NCBI GenBank assembly: GCA_026391215.1
Contig: JAPLDX010000067.1
Span: 1 to 25,029 of the forward strand
Source: Bacteroidia bacterium
GTDB taxonomy: Bacteria > Bacteroidota > Bacteroidia > Bacteroidales > VadinHA17
Length of the DNA stretch: 25,029 nt
Reading direction: 5' to 3'
Shown: positions 8,267 to 17,671 of the stretch, piece after piece
Layout of the letters: every line of letters starts with the position of its first letter
How positions within the stretch are numbered: position 1 is the stretch's first letter
Notes under the pieces: generated by a model
Seen by the model: the letters and a program-made list of their open reading frames with translations, nothing else
Databases searched by the model: none
What the model was told of the DNA's origin: nothing
Translations under genes and position numbers: made by a program

Positions 8267-9163
8267 ATGAAAGTACTTATCTCCCTTCTTCAAATCTGTA
8301 TTCTTACAGGTATTTTTCAATCAATGCAGGCTCAGGAGAGCACACAGAACAACAAACTGCATATTATTATCATTGGCGCCCACCCGGATGATCCGGACAA
8401 GGTTGGTGGGACAGCCTATAAATGGGCACAGCTCGGTCATGATGTGCTTATGGTATCCCTGACCAATGGTGACGCTGGTCATCAATCGCTCCCCGCAGAG
8501 AAGCTGGCTCTTGTAAGGCGTGAAGAGGCACGAAGAGCCGGAGAGGTAATAGGCGTACGCTATATAACCCTTGATAACCATGACGGCCAGCTGATGCCGA
8601 CATATGAGAACAGGCTGCAGGTCATAAAATTAATAAGGGAGCAGAAGGCTGACCTTGTCATCTTTCCCAGGCCATATGATTATCATCCCGATCACAGGTA
8701 TACCGGTACATTGGTGCTCGATGCAGCATATATGGTAACCGTGCCCAAGATACTTCCGGAGGTTCGTCACCTGGACAAAAATCCTGTATTCCTTTATATG
8801 AGCGATGGATTTGTACATCCTGAGCCATTTGTTGCGGACGTTGCCGTAGCTGTTGATGATGTAATTGAGAAGAAACTGGATATGTATCATCAGCATACTT
8901 CACAGATGTATGAATGGCTGCCTTTTAACGGGGGGATGCTTGACCAGGTCCCGGCCACAGATGCGGAAAGAAGGGCATGGCTTGGCAAAACCAGGATGAT
9001 GAGATCAGATGCTGATCCTTACAGAGATAAACTGATAGAGATCTATGGAACTGAAACAGGCAGTAAGATAAAGTATTGCGAAGCCTTCCAGGATTCAGGT
9101 TATGGCGCTCCTCTGACAAAAGAGAATATCAGCTATTATTTCCCGTTCCTGAAAATAAAATAA
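8267..9163 (+). CDS. Secreted PIG-L/LmbE family deacetylase
   Basis: Signal peptide (MQA|Q), GAHPDD, LTNGDAG, RREEA, YHPDH; start reassigned to ATG 8267. Confidence 0.9.
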   Translation: MKVLISLLQICILTGIFQSMQAQESTQNNKLHIIIIGAHPDDPDKVGGTAYKWAQLGHDVLMVSLTNGDAGHQSLPAEKLALVRREEARRAGEVIGVRYITLDNHDGQLMPTYENRLQVIKLIREQKADLVIFPRPYDYHPDHRYTGTLVLDAAYMVTVPKILPEVRHLDKNPVFLYMSDGFVHPEPFVADVAVAVDDVIEKKLDMYHQHTSQMYEWLPFNGGMLDQVPATDAERRAWLGKTRMMRSDADPYRDKLIEIYGTETGSKIKYCEAFQDSGYGAPLTKENISYYFPFLKIK

Positions 9164-9178
9164 TTTTCACATTACATA

Positions 9179-9544
9179 TCATTGATAATCAATATACTGA
9201 CTATTCTGTTTCAGCTCAATAAAATCATCTCCCATCTCCCTGTATCCATATTCAAAACAATACTGGAACTTCTGGCCGTTTGATGTTTCGATAATATGGG
9301 TGAAGAAGCTGAAGTTATAGCCGAGGGCAAACAAAGCATCCTTATGTACTTTAATTTTCCCCTCACTGTAAAGGTCGGCAAGGATCCTTCTGTTCTTCCT
9401 CAGCAATCCATGAACATTCCTGACAAAATTGTTTGAATCACGGTTAAGCCTGTTGTTGTAGTTATTTCGACACTGATCAGAACAGAACTTCTTATCTGTG
9501 CGGCCATGTATACCATCGCCGCAATCGAGACATTTTCTTTCCAC
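9179..9544 (-). CDS. Small Zn-finger/Zn-ribbon protein (CxxC...FCSxxC), putative DNA-binding regulator
   Basis: CLDCG...GRTDKKFCSDQCRNNYNN followed by a basic helix LRKNRRIL; GTG start; divergent from ssb. Confidence 0.8.
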   Translation of the reverse strand: MERKCLDCGDGIHGRTDKKFCSDQCRNNYNNRLNRDSNNFVRNVHGLLRKNRRILADLYSEGKIKVHKDALFALGYNFSFFTHIIETSNGQKFQYCFEYGYREMGDDFIELKQNSQYIDYQ

Positions 9545-9573
9545 AGCACTAAAGTTTTGATAAAGTTACACAA

Positions 9574-9641
9574 AAACGTTTTCAAACGGTTACAAACGAC
9601 TATAAAAAATTATGAACCGGATTTAAATGATTATTAACCGG
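9574..9641. promoter_or_regulatory. Helically phased direct-repeat array AA(A/C)CG, putative operator
   Basis: AAACG at 9574, 9584, 9594; AACCGG at 9615, 9636 (spacings 10, 10, 21, 21). Confidence 0.6.
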
Positions 9642-9661
9642 GACACCTCCCGGCACAGGTT

Positions 9662-9669
9662 TAATTTTG
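9662..9669 (+). promoter_or_regulatory. Putative -7 promoter box (TAATTTTG) for ssb
   Basis: Exact TAnnTTTG match about 40 nt before the ATG. Confidence 0.55.
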
Positions 9670-9708
9670 GTATGAAAATTAATTTATGTCTCACTAAAAA
9701 TTAAAGTC

Positions 9709-10065
9709 ATGAATGCTCTCAGAAACAAAGTAATGCTGGTAGGGAATCTCGGTCAGGATCCGGAAATGAAAACTCTTGAAGGCGGAAAAAAAGTCGTGCA
9801 TTTTACTCTTGCCACTCAGGAAGATTACAAGAATTCAGAAGGTCAGAAGGTCAGCGAAACCACCTGGCACAATATTGTTGCCTGGAATGGTCTTGCCGAC
9901 ATTGCTTCCAAATTTCTCAAGAAAGGCAATCAGGTCTTTGTTGAAGGAAGGATAGTGTACAGAAGCTATGAGGACAAGAAGGGTGCAACCAAGAATGTCA
10001 CAGATATTGTTCTTAATGATCTGCTGCTTCTGAGGTCTGCAAAAGGCCAGGCAAAGGAAGAATAG
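9709..10065 (+). CDS. ssb: Single-stranded DNA-binding protein, short form lacking the acidic C-terminal tip
   Basis: NKVMLVGNLGQDPE, TTWHNIVAW, LKKGNQVFVEGRI; ends at 118 aa with no DDLPF-like tail. Confidence 0.93.
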   Translation: MNALRNKVMLVGNLGQDPEMKTLEGGKKVVHFTLATQEDYKNSEGQKVSETTWHNIVAWNGLADIASKFLKKGNQVFVEGRIVYRSYEDKKGATKNVTDIVLNDLLLLRSAKGQAKEE

Positions 10066-10095
10066 CCGGCACAGTTCCGCTGCATTTCAACGTGG

Positions 10096-10127
10096 AGAGG
10101 CTGTCATTTATGTCAGCCTCTTTTTTT
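10096..10127 (+). terminator. Rho-independent terminator for ssb, overlapping the iorB 3' end
   Basis: Stem agaggctg/cagcctct followed by a T run. Confidence 0.75.
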
Positions 10128-10701
10128 GTTCACCGGTAAAATCCCTGCCGGCCTTTAATGCCTTCAGGTTGTATTCCACAACTTCTGCTCCTTTTCTTTC
10201 AAACAGCTTAATGACTGCATTTTCGAGACTCGCATAAGGTACGCAAATGAAAGGCGAGGCAGCTCCAAGCATGACTATGTTCCCCGATCGTACAGAACCT
10301 GATTCTTTTGCTATTGTATCAGCATCAATGATTATATTGTTTTTTATCTTTCTTATCTCAGCAAGGATCTTATCAATTGGAGGATATCCGGATATATTGA
10401 TGAAGGGATTCGAGTTGGTCACAAGCCAGCCATCATTTGAAAGCCAGGGAAGATATCTCAATGATTCCATCGGCTCAACTGAAATTATCAGATCGGCTTT
10501 CCCATATGGTATAAGGTCGGATGCTACCGGCTTATCAGAAAGCCTGAAGTGCGACTGGACATCACCGCCTCTCTGGCTCATCCCATGAACCTCAGCCTGC
10601 TTGAGAAAAAGATTGTTCTCCACAGCAGCCAGTCCTATTGCTGCTGCAATTGAAAGGATCCCCTGCCCTCCTACTCCCGCCAGTATAATGTCATTTTTCA
10701 T
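10108..10701 (-). CDS. iorB: Indolepyruvate:ferredoxin oxidoreductase beta subunit
   Basis: ILAGVGGQGIL, EVHGMSQRGGDV, NIVMLGA. Confidence 0.93.
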   Translation of the reverse strand: MKNDIILAGVGGQGILSIAAAIGLAAVENNLFLKQAEVHGMSQRGGDVQSHFRLSDKPVASDLIPYGKADLIISVEPMESLRYLPWLSNDGWLVTNSNPFINISGYPPIDKILAEIRKIKNNIIIDADTIAKESGSVRSGNIVMLGAASPFICVPYASLENAVIKLFERKGAEVVEYNLKALKAGRDFTGEQKKRLT

Positions 10702-10714
10702 TACTTTAGAATAT

Positions 10715-10771
10715 TTTTAGATTTTAAATTTCAGATTCAAGATTCAAATTTTTGAATTTTGAATCTTGAAT
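10715..10771. repeat. Head-to-head heptamer tandem array (TTYHARA / TYTDRAA) forming a hairpin
   Basis: ttttaga ttttaaa tttcaga ttcaaga ttcaaat | ttttgaa ttttgaa tcttgaa; perfect 14-bp stem 10735-10748/10758-10771. Confidence 0.85.
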
Positions 10772-10778
10772 TTTATTC

Positions 10779-12377
10779 CTATGAGGCTCCGGCTTTCTTT
10801 TTCTTGGTGGCAGTCTGAATGCATTCCCTTGCTGAAATTATAACTGATACCCCTTTGTATACAAGCTCTTCACTTATTGTACGTATATTTTCCTCGTGAT
10901 TCTTACGTAAAGGAGTTATAACTCTGAGATGTTTCTGTGCAACTCCTATTCCCAGACAAATTTGTTCAAGCTTCCCGGTAGCCTGCGATTTCTGTCCGCC
11001 TGTCATACCGGTTGTTGAATTGTCGGATATTATGATAGTAACCGGAGAGTTTTTATTTACGGCATCAAGCAGCCCCGTCATGCCTGAATGTGTGAATGTT
11101 GAATCTCCGATAACCGCTACAGACGGGAATAATCCGGCGTCAGCAGCGCCTATTGCCATGGTTACTGAAGCACCCATATCCACACAGGAATTAATTGCAT
11201 TATAGGGAGGCATAGCACCGAGGGTATAGCAACCGATATCAGAGAATACTCTTCCGGGGCCATGAGGCTTTATGGCTTCTACAAGAGCATTGAACATATC
11301 AGCATGACCGCATCCCTTACAGAAAGAAGGAGGTCTCATTTTAACCAGGTCAGGGACATCCTTTCCATAACTTAAAGGCATGCCAAGAGCTTTTGCCACT
11401 ATGGCCGGATTCAGCTCTCCGTCACGCGGTACGGTACCATCCATGCGTCCAAGAACTTTAACCCCTTTATCCAGTATCCCTCTGAGACTCTCCTCTATCA
11501 CCGGGTAACCCTCTTCCAATATCAGTATCTCATTGCACCTTGAGGTTATTTCTTTCACGAGTTCACCGGGAAAAGGATATGCTGCTATTTTAAGCACAGG
11601 GTAATTGCCTGACGAACCTGCAATATTCTCAACCAAATAATTATATGCCAACCCGCAGGTTATGATTCCGGTGTCCCTCTTCTTTCCGTCAGTGAATGAG
11701 TTGTACTTTGATATTCTGACATCATACTTTATTGATTCATAAGATTTTAACAATGCTCTGTATTTTTTTCTTGCCAGAGCTGGAAGAAGGACGAACTGAA
11801 CAGGATCGGAAGGAAGCTTTAGCTTCTTCTCAGGCACAGGATGTTTTATCATTTCAACACTTGCCCTGGAATGTGCAAGCCGGGTTGTTATCCGTATCAT
11901 TACAGGCAGCTTGTATTTTTCTGATAATTCGAATGCATCAAATACCATGTCATATGCTTCCTGCTGGCTGGAAGGCTCAAAGCAGGGAACAAAAGCAAAT
12001 TTTGCATAGAATCTTGAATCCTGTTCATTCTGTGATGAATGCATTGAAGGATCATCGGCAGAAACGACTATCATGCCTCCGTTGACTCCTGTTATAGCTG
12101 CATTAATGAATCCATCTGATGCCACATTCAGTCCCACATGCTTCATTGCAACCATTGACCTTTTACCAGCATATGACATCCCGAGAGCAGCCTCCAGGGC
12201 TGTCTTCTCATTTGATGACCATTCCCTCTGGATACCCTTTTCCGATGCTGCTTTTGATGACTGTATGTATTCCATTATCTCAGTTGACGGAGTTCCCGGG
12301 TAAGCATACATTCCGCTTAATCCTGCATCAATGGCAGCCTGAGCGATTGCTTCATCACCTAATAGAAGTTGTTTCAT
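10779..12377 (-). CDS. iorA: Indolepyruvate:ferredoxin oxidoreductase alpha subunit (TPP-dependent)
   Basis: LLGDEAIA, YPGTPSTEI, NEKTALE, MKHVGLNVA, RPPSFCKGCGH, DIGCYTLG, IGDSTFTHSG, DNSTTGMTGGQ; ATG 12377 preferred. Confidence 0.95.
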   Translation of the reverse strand: MKQLLLGDEAIAQAAIDAGLSGMYAYPGTPSTEIMEYIQSSKAASEKGIQREWSSNEKTALEAALGMSYAGKRSMVAMKHVGLNVASDGFINAAITGVNGGMIVVSADDPSMHSSQNEQDSRFYAKFAFVPCFEPSSQQEAYDMVFDAFELSEKYKLPVMIRITTRLAHSRASVEMIKHPVPEKKLKLPSDPVQFVLLPALARKKYRALLKSYESIKYDVRISKYNSFTDGKKRDTGIITCGLAYNYLVENIAGSSGNYPVLKIAAYPFPGELVKEITSRCNEILILEEGYPVIEESLRGILDKGVKVLGRMDGTVPRDGELNPAIVAKALGMPLSYGKDVPDLVKMRPPSFCKGCGHADMFNALVEAIKPHGPGRVFSDIGCYTLGAMPPYNAINSCVDMGASVTMAIGAADAGLFPSVAVIGDSTFTHSGMTGLLDAVNKNSPVTIIISDNSTTGMTGGQKSQATGKLEQICLGIGVAQKHLRVITPLRKNHEENIRTISEELVYKGVSVIISARECIQTATKKKKAGAS

Positions 12378-12505
12378 ATCAAACACAAATTGTGAGTAAG
12401 TGAAATTACTTAAAATTTAGTTAAATCTTTCAACATTACACTCAATAATGTTTACTTTGCAGACTCTAATATGATTAGTTACGTTATTACAGTTTACGGC
12501 TACTC

Positions 12506-13198
12506 TTGAACAGGATCTATTATACAATCATTCTATTACTGCTGGTTTTTTTGCCCCTTAAAGGTCAGACAAGCGAACCTGAAAGATTCGTACAGGTTAG
12601 CGGGATAATCACTGACGCCAACAACTATCCGGTTCCCGGGGTTGCGGTTATCTCAAAGAAGCTTCGAAGAGGAGCCATCAGTGAAAGAACAGGTATTTAT
12701 TCAATCACAAGCACCCCGGGAGATACTATATTTTTCAGGGCGCTGGGATTTAAAAGGTATCACACCGTTATTCCACCTGATTATAACAGCAGGCATTGCA
12801 TGGTTGATATGGTTCTGGAGCTTGATACAATACCTATTGAAGAAGTAACTATCATGCCGTGGAAGACTTATAATGAATTCATCAGGGACATGACAAAAGA
12901 AAAACCAGTTGATCCCTTAATTGAAAACATGAATGATAACCTTGCCTCAGTATATATTGCCGTATCTAACCAGACTGGTGTAAGTGTCACTCCTGAAGCA
13001 GGTTTCAGGTATGCCATGCAGCAGAATTTCAATGCATTGGCAACCAGAGGTCAGTTCCCTGTGAATAACCTTTTAAATCCTTTTGCCTGGGCAAAATTTA
13101 TCAACGGAGTCAAACACGGACTTTTGAAGAACAAGTCAACCAAAAGGCCTCAGCCGGCTAAACCCATAAAGAAGAAGAAGAAGGCTGAAACAAAATAA
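12506..13198 (+). CDS. Secreted carboxypeptidase-regulatory-like (CarboxypepD_reg) domain protein
   Basis: Signal peptide; VQVSGIITDA..PVPGVAV...GIYSI...GDTIFFRALGFK; Lys-rich tail; TTG start. Confidence 0.75.
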   Translation: MNRIYYTIILLLLVFLPLKGQTSEPERFVQVSGIITDANNYPVPGVAVISKKLRRGAISERTGIYSITSTPGDTIFFRALGFKRYHTVIPPDYNSRHCMVDMVLELDTIPIEEVTIMPWKTYNEFIRDMTKEKPVDPLIENMNDNLASVYIAVSNQTGVSVTPEAGFRYAMQQNFNALATRGQFPVNNLLNPFAWAKFINGVKHGLLKNKSTKRPQPAKPIKKKKKAETK

Positions 13199-13211
13199 CC
13201 ATTTCATTTTG

Positions 13212-13219
13212 TATTTTTG
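13212..13219 (+). promoter_or_regulatory. Putative -7 box (TATTTTTG) just before the TonB-like gene
   Basis: TAnnTTTG match 6 nt before ATG 13226, implying a near-leaderless transcript. Confidence 0.35.
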
Positions 13220-13225
13220 TACTGC

Positions 13226-13978
13226 ATGAAGAACCTTGATGGCAAAATTGTCGGCATTCTCGGTACTGTGATCATTCATCTTATCGCAGCTATCATTTTC
13301 ATGTTTTTCCAGATACGCACATTGAATATTGATCACTCAAATGAATTCACAATTGAATTCGTTGAATATGTTCCATTGGAACCTGACGAGCAGGAAAAGA
13401 TTATTGAGCTGCCTGCAACTTCCATAGAGAGCATACTGCAGGGTGATGATGACATGCTGAATATTGCCCGCAACCTGGCTAACAGGCCTGAAGAACAAAT
13501 AAATCCGGATGATTACATTGATATGGTAAAAGACGAGCTTATAAAAAGCGGGAAGCTTGGAGAAGATAATTATATAGATGAATGGAAAAGACTCAAAGAA
13601 ACCGCTGAAGAAGAGAATATGGCATATGATAACAGGGCGGCTGAAGCTAAAGAGGAGAAACCGGATGAATCTGAGGTAATGGCAGCTAATTACCAGGGAC
13701 CTACAAGGATATATTATGACCTTGCAGGGCGCAATCATACCTATCTTCCGATACCTATATACAAATGCGAGGGATCAGGGAAGGTAGTCCTTGCAATACT
13801 TGTGAATCAGAAAGGTATTGTTGAAGAGGCCAGGGTGATTGAAGGCGAGGTTACAGCTACCGACCAATGCTTAATTGAAACTGCCATCAGTACCGCACTG
13901 ATCTCAAGATTCAATCAGGATTTATATTCACCGAAGATCCAGGCAGGAACACTTACATATCATTTTGTGGCACAATAA
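13226..13978 (+). CDS. TonB-like energy transducer (N-terminal TM anchor, acidic linker, TonB-C-like domain)
   Basis: TM segment with T-x-x-x-H (GTVIIHL); C-terminal PIYKCEGSGKVVLAILVNQKGIV...GTLTYHF. Confidence 0.65.
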   Translation: MKNLDGKIVGILGTVIIHLIAAIIFMFFQIRTLNIDHSNEFTIEFVEYVPLEPDEQEKIIELPATSIESILQGDDDMLNIARNLANRPEEQINPDDYIDMVKDELIKSGKLGEDNYIDEWKRLKETAEEENMAYDNRAAEAKEEKPDESEVMAANYQGPTRIYYDLAGRNHTYLPIPIYKCEGSGKVVLAILVNQKGIVEEARVIEGEVTATDQCLIETAISTALISRFNQDLYSPKIQAGTLTYHFVAQ

Positions 13979-13979
13979 A

Positions 13980-14019
13980 CGGTACAACGGTACAATGGTA
14001 CAACGGTACGAAGGAACTA
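13980..14019. repeat. 8-bp tandem array (NGGTACAA) between convergent genes
   Basis: cggtacaa cggtacaa tggtacaa cggtacga aggaacta; the last degenerate unit contains the SRAP stop codon. Confidence 0.85.
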
Positions 14020-14742
14020 AAAGAGCTGATTTCCGGAATGCCAGGTATAGGGTTTTAACACTTCAGGAGTGTTCCTGTTTGCAGTTTTGTTGTTTACCAG
14101 TGGACCAATAGTATAAGCTTTAAGATTCTTTGAAGGGCATGGTTTAAGCATATTCATTGCATCGGCCGGAGCAAGTACCTTTTCGATCCATTTCTTTTCA
14201 TCATTTCTGCCCAGAATGACCGGCATTCTCTTCTTTGAATTATGGACTTCAGCCATAAGCTCATTGGCTTCCGTGGTAATAATAGTAAATGTGCTTAACA
14301 TCCCGCTGCCATCCGGAGGCATCCATTCACTGTAAAGTCCTGCTATTGTAAAGATTTCATCTTCAGCATGATATATATACCATGGTATCTTATTATTTCC
14401 TATATGCTGCCACTCATAAAAGCCCCTGACGGGAATAAGGCATCTTTTTGTCCTGAAAGAAGATGAGAATGATAGCTTGGTTTCAACACTTTCAGCCCTA
14501 GCATTAAAAGTCTTGAATCTTATTTCATCAGCATCTTCGCTATTTTTGACCCAGGGCGGTATTAAACCCCATTTAAGAAATCGAACAGTGCCGGGATTAT
14601 CTGAACAGACAGTCGGGATCTCAGGTAGTCCGAATGCGTGGTAATAATAGCTTGGCTCATAGCGGTACTTATCGGGAAAGTTCACATCGTACCGCTCTTC
14701 AATTTCTTCCTTGACAAGATTTACATTTACTGAAAAGCACAT
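14017..14742 (-). CDS. SOS response-associated peptidase (SRAP; YedK/HMCES-like abasic-site protein)
   Basis: Catalytic Cys2 (MC), WGLIP, FNARAESV, RCLIP..GFYEW, FTIITT, H...RMPVIL. Confidence 0.93.
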   Translation of the reverse strand: MCFSVNVNLVKEEIEERYDVNFPDKYRYEPSYYYHAFGLPEIPTVCSDNPGTVRFLKWGLIPPWVKNSEDADEIRFKTFNARAESVETKLSFSSSFRTKRCLIPVRGFYEWQHIGNNKIPWYIYHAEDEIFTIAGLYSEWMPPDGSGMLSTFTIITTEANELMAEVHNSKKRMPVILGRNDEKKWIEKVLAPADAMNMLKPCPSKNLKAYTIGPLVNNKTANRNTPEVLKPYTWHSGNQLF

Positions 14743-14747
14743 TATAG

Positions 14748-16049
14748 TCAGGGTGATTGAGCTGTAAAATCATCATACAGAGGTACCGGAAGTGAATGAT
14801 CGAACAGATCGTCTTTTCCGGCATTTTTAAGCTGAGAAACAACCCTGTACATCATGCTGCTGATATATGAGTGTATTTCAGGGCCATTCCAGGCGCTTGA
14901 ATTAAAGAGGACAACCCAGCTGATGCCGTCGGATTGTCTTTTCATCATACCTGCGCTTCCAGGGAATGAACCGGTTCTCCACCAGGTACCATTATTAATT
15001 GTGGTTTTCCATCCTATCGGCGCCATCCCGTTCTGATTGTCAGTCATAAGCCGGATGGTCTCAGATGTCAGAATATCCTGCTTCGTTTCAAATCCGTCGA
15101 TGGCCAACAGAAGGCGTACCAGATCAGGAGCGGTACCAAGCCAGGATCCTGCTCCTCCAAGAGCTTCAATATCATTCCCGCCGTAACTTGGTGACACCAG
15201 CTCACCAGTACCGTAGATCGAAGGTTTCGGGACTACATCAGATGGAGCATAGTATGTCACTTCATAAGGTGCTTTTTGTGAAGGAAGGTTATGTGCAAGC
15301 ACCATATCATAGACTCCAATAGGTTCGAGAATGGCCTTCTGACAATACTCCTCATAAGTCATTCCTGATACTTTCTCAATCACAAGCCCGAGAATGCTGT
15401 AACCAAGATTTGAGTACGCCCTGCCTGATCCCGGGGTGAAATGGAGCCTTTTATCAAGTGCAAATCTGATGATGGCCCTTGTATCCACTGGCGGTTTCAT
15501 GCCCATATGATCCGCAATTACAAGCGGCATGAACATCTGGTCACCATATCTCTGTGTCCAGCCTCCCTCGTGACTCAGAAGATGGGCAACAGTAATGCCA
15601 TATACTCTTTTATCCTTTGGATCACTGAAATATGGATCATCAAGTATTGCATCCGGGCCAAAAACCCGGTCATTAAGGGATAATCTGCCTTCTTCTATCA
15701 ATTTCATTACTGCCACAGCAGTAACAAGCTTGGAAATACTGGCAAGTCTGAACTTATAATAAGGTTGGACTTCTTCTTTTGAGATTGTGTCTGAATAGCC
15801 AAATCCCCTGGCATAGATCAGCTTACCATTTTTTGATACAGCTACTGAAGCGCCGGTGATAGACCATTTGCGCATGAATGACCGTATTGTCTTTTCAGCT
15901 CCTGCAAAATCCTTCCCGGACGAATAACTATTTGAAAGCCTTACATTGCCAGGAACAAGCTTTTCAGCAATGCTGTTATTCTTCTCAACTGCACCCGGAT
16001 TAAAGCTGACAACTGAAGCCAGGAGCATTATCAACAGTATCTTTTTCAT
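14748..16049 (-). CDS. Secreted serine hydrolase, beta-lactamase class C / AmpC-like family
   Basis: FRLASISK (SxxK), LLSHEGG, YSNLGY (YxN); signal peptide from ATG 16049. Confidence 0.9.
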   Translation of the reverse strand: MKKILLIMLLASVVSFNPGAVEKNNSIAEKLVPGNVRLSNSYSSGKDFAGAEKTIRSFMRKWSITGASVAVSKNGKLIYARGFGYSDTISKEEVQPYYKFRLASISKLVTAVAVMKLIEEGRLSLNDRVFGPDAILDDPYFSDPKDKRVYGITVAHLLSHEGGWTQRYGDQMFMPLVIADHMGMKPPVDTRAIIRFALDKRLHFTPGSGRAYSNLGYSILGLVIEKVSGMTYEEYCQKAILEPIGVYDMVLAHNLPSQKAPYEVTYYAPSDVVPKPSIYGTGELVSPSYGGNDIEALGGAGSWLGTAPDLVRLLLAIDGFETKQDILTSETIRLMTDNQNGMAPIGWKTTINNGTWWRTGSFPGSAGMMKRQSDGISWVVLFNSSAWNGPEIHSYISSMMYRVVSQLKNAGKDDLFDHSLPVPLYDDFTAQSP

Positions 16050-16083
16050 CCTTGACAAAATAATAGCCACTTTTTTCAGGAAA

Positions 16084-16091
16084 CAAAATTA
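16084..16091 (-). promoter_or_regulatory. Putative -7 box (TAATTTTG) for the serine hydrolase-SRAP operon
   Basis: caaaatta on the plus strand is TAnnTTTG on the minus strand. Confidence 0.5.
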
Positions 16092-16215
16092 TAAAAGTAT
16101 TCTTTTCAGAAGTACATAGAATCCATAAAATTAATAACAATGAGTCAATCAGTCTCTGTCACTGAATAATACCAAAACCACAATAGAAAAATATTCTGAT
16201 TTTCATTCAAAAAAT

Positions 16216-16223
16216 TAACTTTG
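16216..16223 (+). promoter_or_regulatory. Putative -7 box (TAACTTTG) for the ankyrin gene
   Basis: Exact match 8 nt before the ATG. Confidence 0.5.
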
Positions 16224-16231
16224 TAAAAGCA

Positions 16232-17671
16232 ATGTCAAAAGGAGTATCTATAATATATTATCTTTCCCTGGCAGTCATTCTATGTTTGCCTGTACGTGTG
16301 TCTGCACAGGTTGAGGTCGTTGTAGCTGACACTTCAGACTATCTCCCTCTTTTCGTTTCTGGTGCTCTTGAATACAATCTTCTGATAGCCGCTTCAAAGG
16401 GTTATTATACAGAGGTTGAAAGAATGATCCTTATGGGTGCAGAAGTTGAAACAGAAACAAATGAATACGTTACTCCTCTTATTTATGCTGTTATCTACAA
16501 CGAACCTGAGACTGTAAATTTACTTCTCAAATACGATGCTGATCCAAACCGGATCACAAGCGCACGTGAGACACCTCTCCTTATTACTGTCAAAAATGAT
16601 AATTTTGAAATCGCTGAAACACTGATAAGATACGGAGCTAAAGTTGATTATCAGGGCAATTACGGAGCCGCTGCCCTGCATTTTGCAGCTGTTTACGGAC
16701 TTCTGCAGATAGCTGATCTCCTTTTATACTACGAGGCTGAAGTGGACCTGAAAACCAATGATGGCACAACCCCGCTGATGGCCGCAATATGGTCAGGCTA
16801 TGCCGATGTTGCCGAGCTTCTGATCCAGTACGGAGCCAATATGGAGGCTAGGGACAATGAAGGATTCACTCCTTATCTCATTGCTGCACAGAACGGAGAC
16901 ACTGTCATAATGAATATTCTACAGAGAAAGGGTGTAGATATTTATGAAAAGAATTTATATAACTGGGACGCACTGGACCTGACTATCAGGACCAACCAAA
17001 AGAAGGCTGCTGAAATGCTTATAAAATCTGGCGGCAAATGGGCCGATCCCGGAAGAGAAGTGACCAGTCCTTACAATATTGCAGTCACTTACAGGGATAT
17101 GGAGATGATTAACCTTCTTGAGAAATACAAATTCCCTGTAAATAAAAAGCCCGGGTTTGACCAGATGGCATTATCGCTATCGAACAAGACTGACTTTAGG
17201 GATTATTATTCAGGATTCAGTCTGGCTTTCAAGGAGCCGCTCAGGAACCTGGGTATCATAACCGGGTTCGATACAAAATTATGGTACACAAGAGTCCTGG
17301 TTCAGGAGGATGAAGAACATTTTTATCAGTATCTGGACAAGAGCTCATTAGTGTATGCCGGGATCTTTAAGGAGTTCCAGCTGACAGATAACCTGTTTAA
17401 AAGTAATTATTCCATTTCAGCTTCATTATCAGCAGGCTATTCATTTGGCAATAAGCTTAAGGGAACTCTGATCACTCCGGAAAATAAGATTAAGGTGATA
17501 CCTGCTGTCAGTTTTAAATGGTTAAAGAATAATCTTGCTTTGATCTCGGGAATTGAATTCACCGACACGGATTTTTTCAAGATCGGTCCGATATGGGGCA
17601 GAATAGGCATATCATATAATTTCTTCTTTAATAATGTAAGAGCGCCGGTAAAGACTATCAAATGGTATTAA
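16232..17671 (+). CDS. Exported ankyrin-repeat protein with a predicted C-terminal outer-membrane beta-barrel
   Basis: Signal peptide (VSA|Q); about 8 ankyrin repeats (TPLIYA, TPLLIT, AALHFA, TPLMAA, TPYLIA); C-terminal ~170 aa of amphipathic strands including RIGISYNF. Confidence 0.85.
   Translation: MSKGVSIIYYLSLAVILCLPVRVSAQVEVVVADTSDYLPLFVSGALEYNLLIAASKGYYTEVERMILMGAEVETETNEYVTPLIYAVIYNEPETVNLLLKYDADPNRITSARETPLLITVKNDNFEIAETLIRYGAKVDYQGNYGAAALHFAAVYGLLQIADLLLYYEAEVDLKTNDGTTPLMAAIWSGYADVAELLIQYGANMEARDNEGFTPYLIAAQNGDTVIMNILQRKGVDIYEKNLYNWDALDLTIRTNQKKAAEMLIKSGGKWADPGREVTSPYNIAVTYRDMEMINLLEKYKFPVNKKPGFDQMALSLSNKTDFRDYYSGFSLAFKEPLRNLGIITGFDTKLWYTRVLVQEDEEHFYQYLDKSSLVYAGIFKEFQLTDNLFKSNYSISASLSAGYSFGNKLKGTLITPENKIKVIPAVSFKWLKNNLALISGIEFTDTDFFKIGPIWGRIGISYNFFFNNVRAPVKTIKWY

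Noticed and set aside
10779-10900. IorA lacking a C-terminal ferredoxin domain
   Set aside because: To my knowledge this ~530-aa form is normal in Bacteroidales, and there is no sign of a truncating mutation.
9709-14742. ssb plus SRAP as a single DNA-repair island
   Set aside because: They are separated by about 4 kb of unrelated genes in different transcription units, with no shared motif seen.
14748-16049. Serine hydrolase as an antibiotic-resistance beta-lactamase
   Set aside because: The motifs show only the broad AmpC-like fold; substrate cannot be inferred and there is no mobile context.
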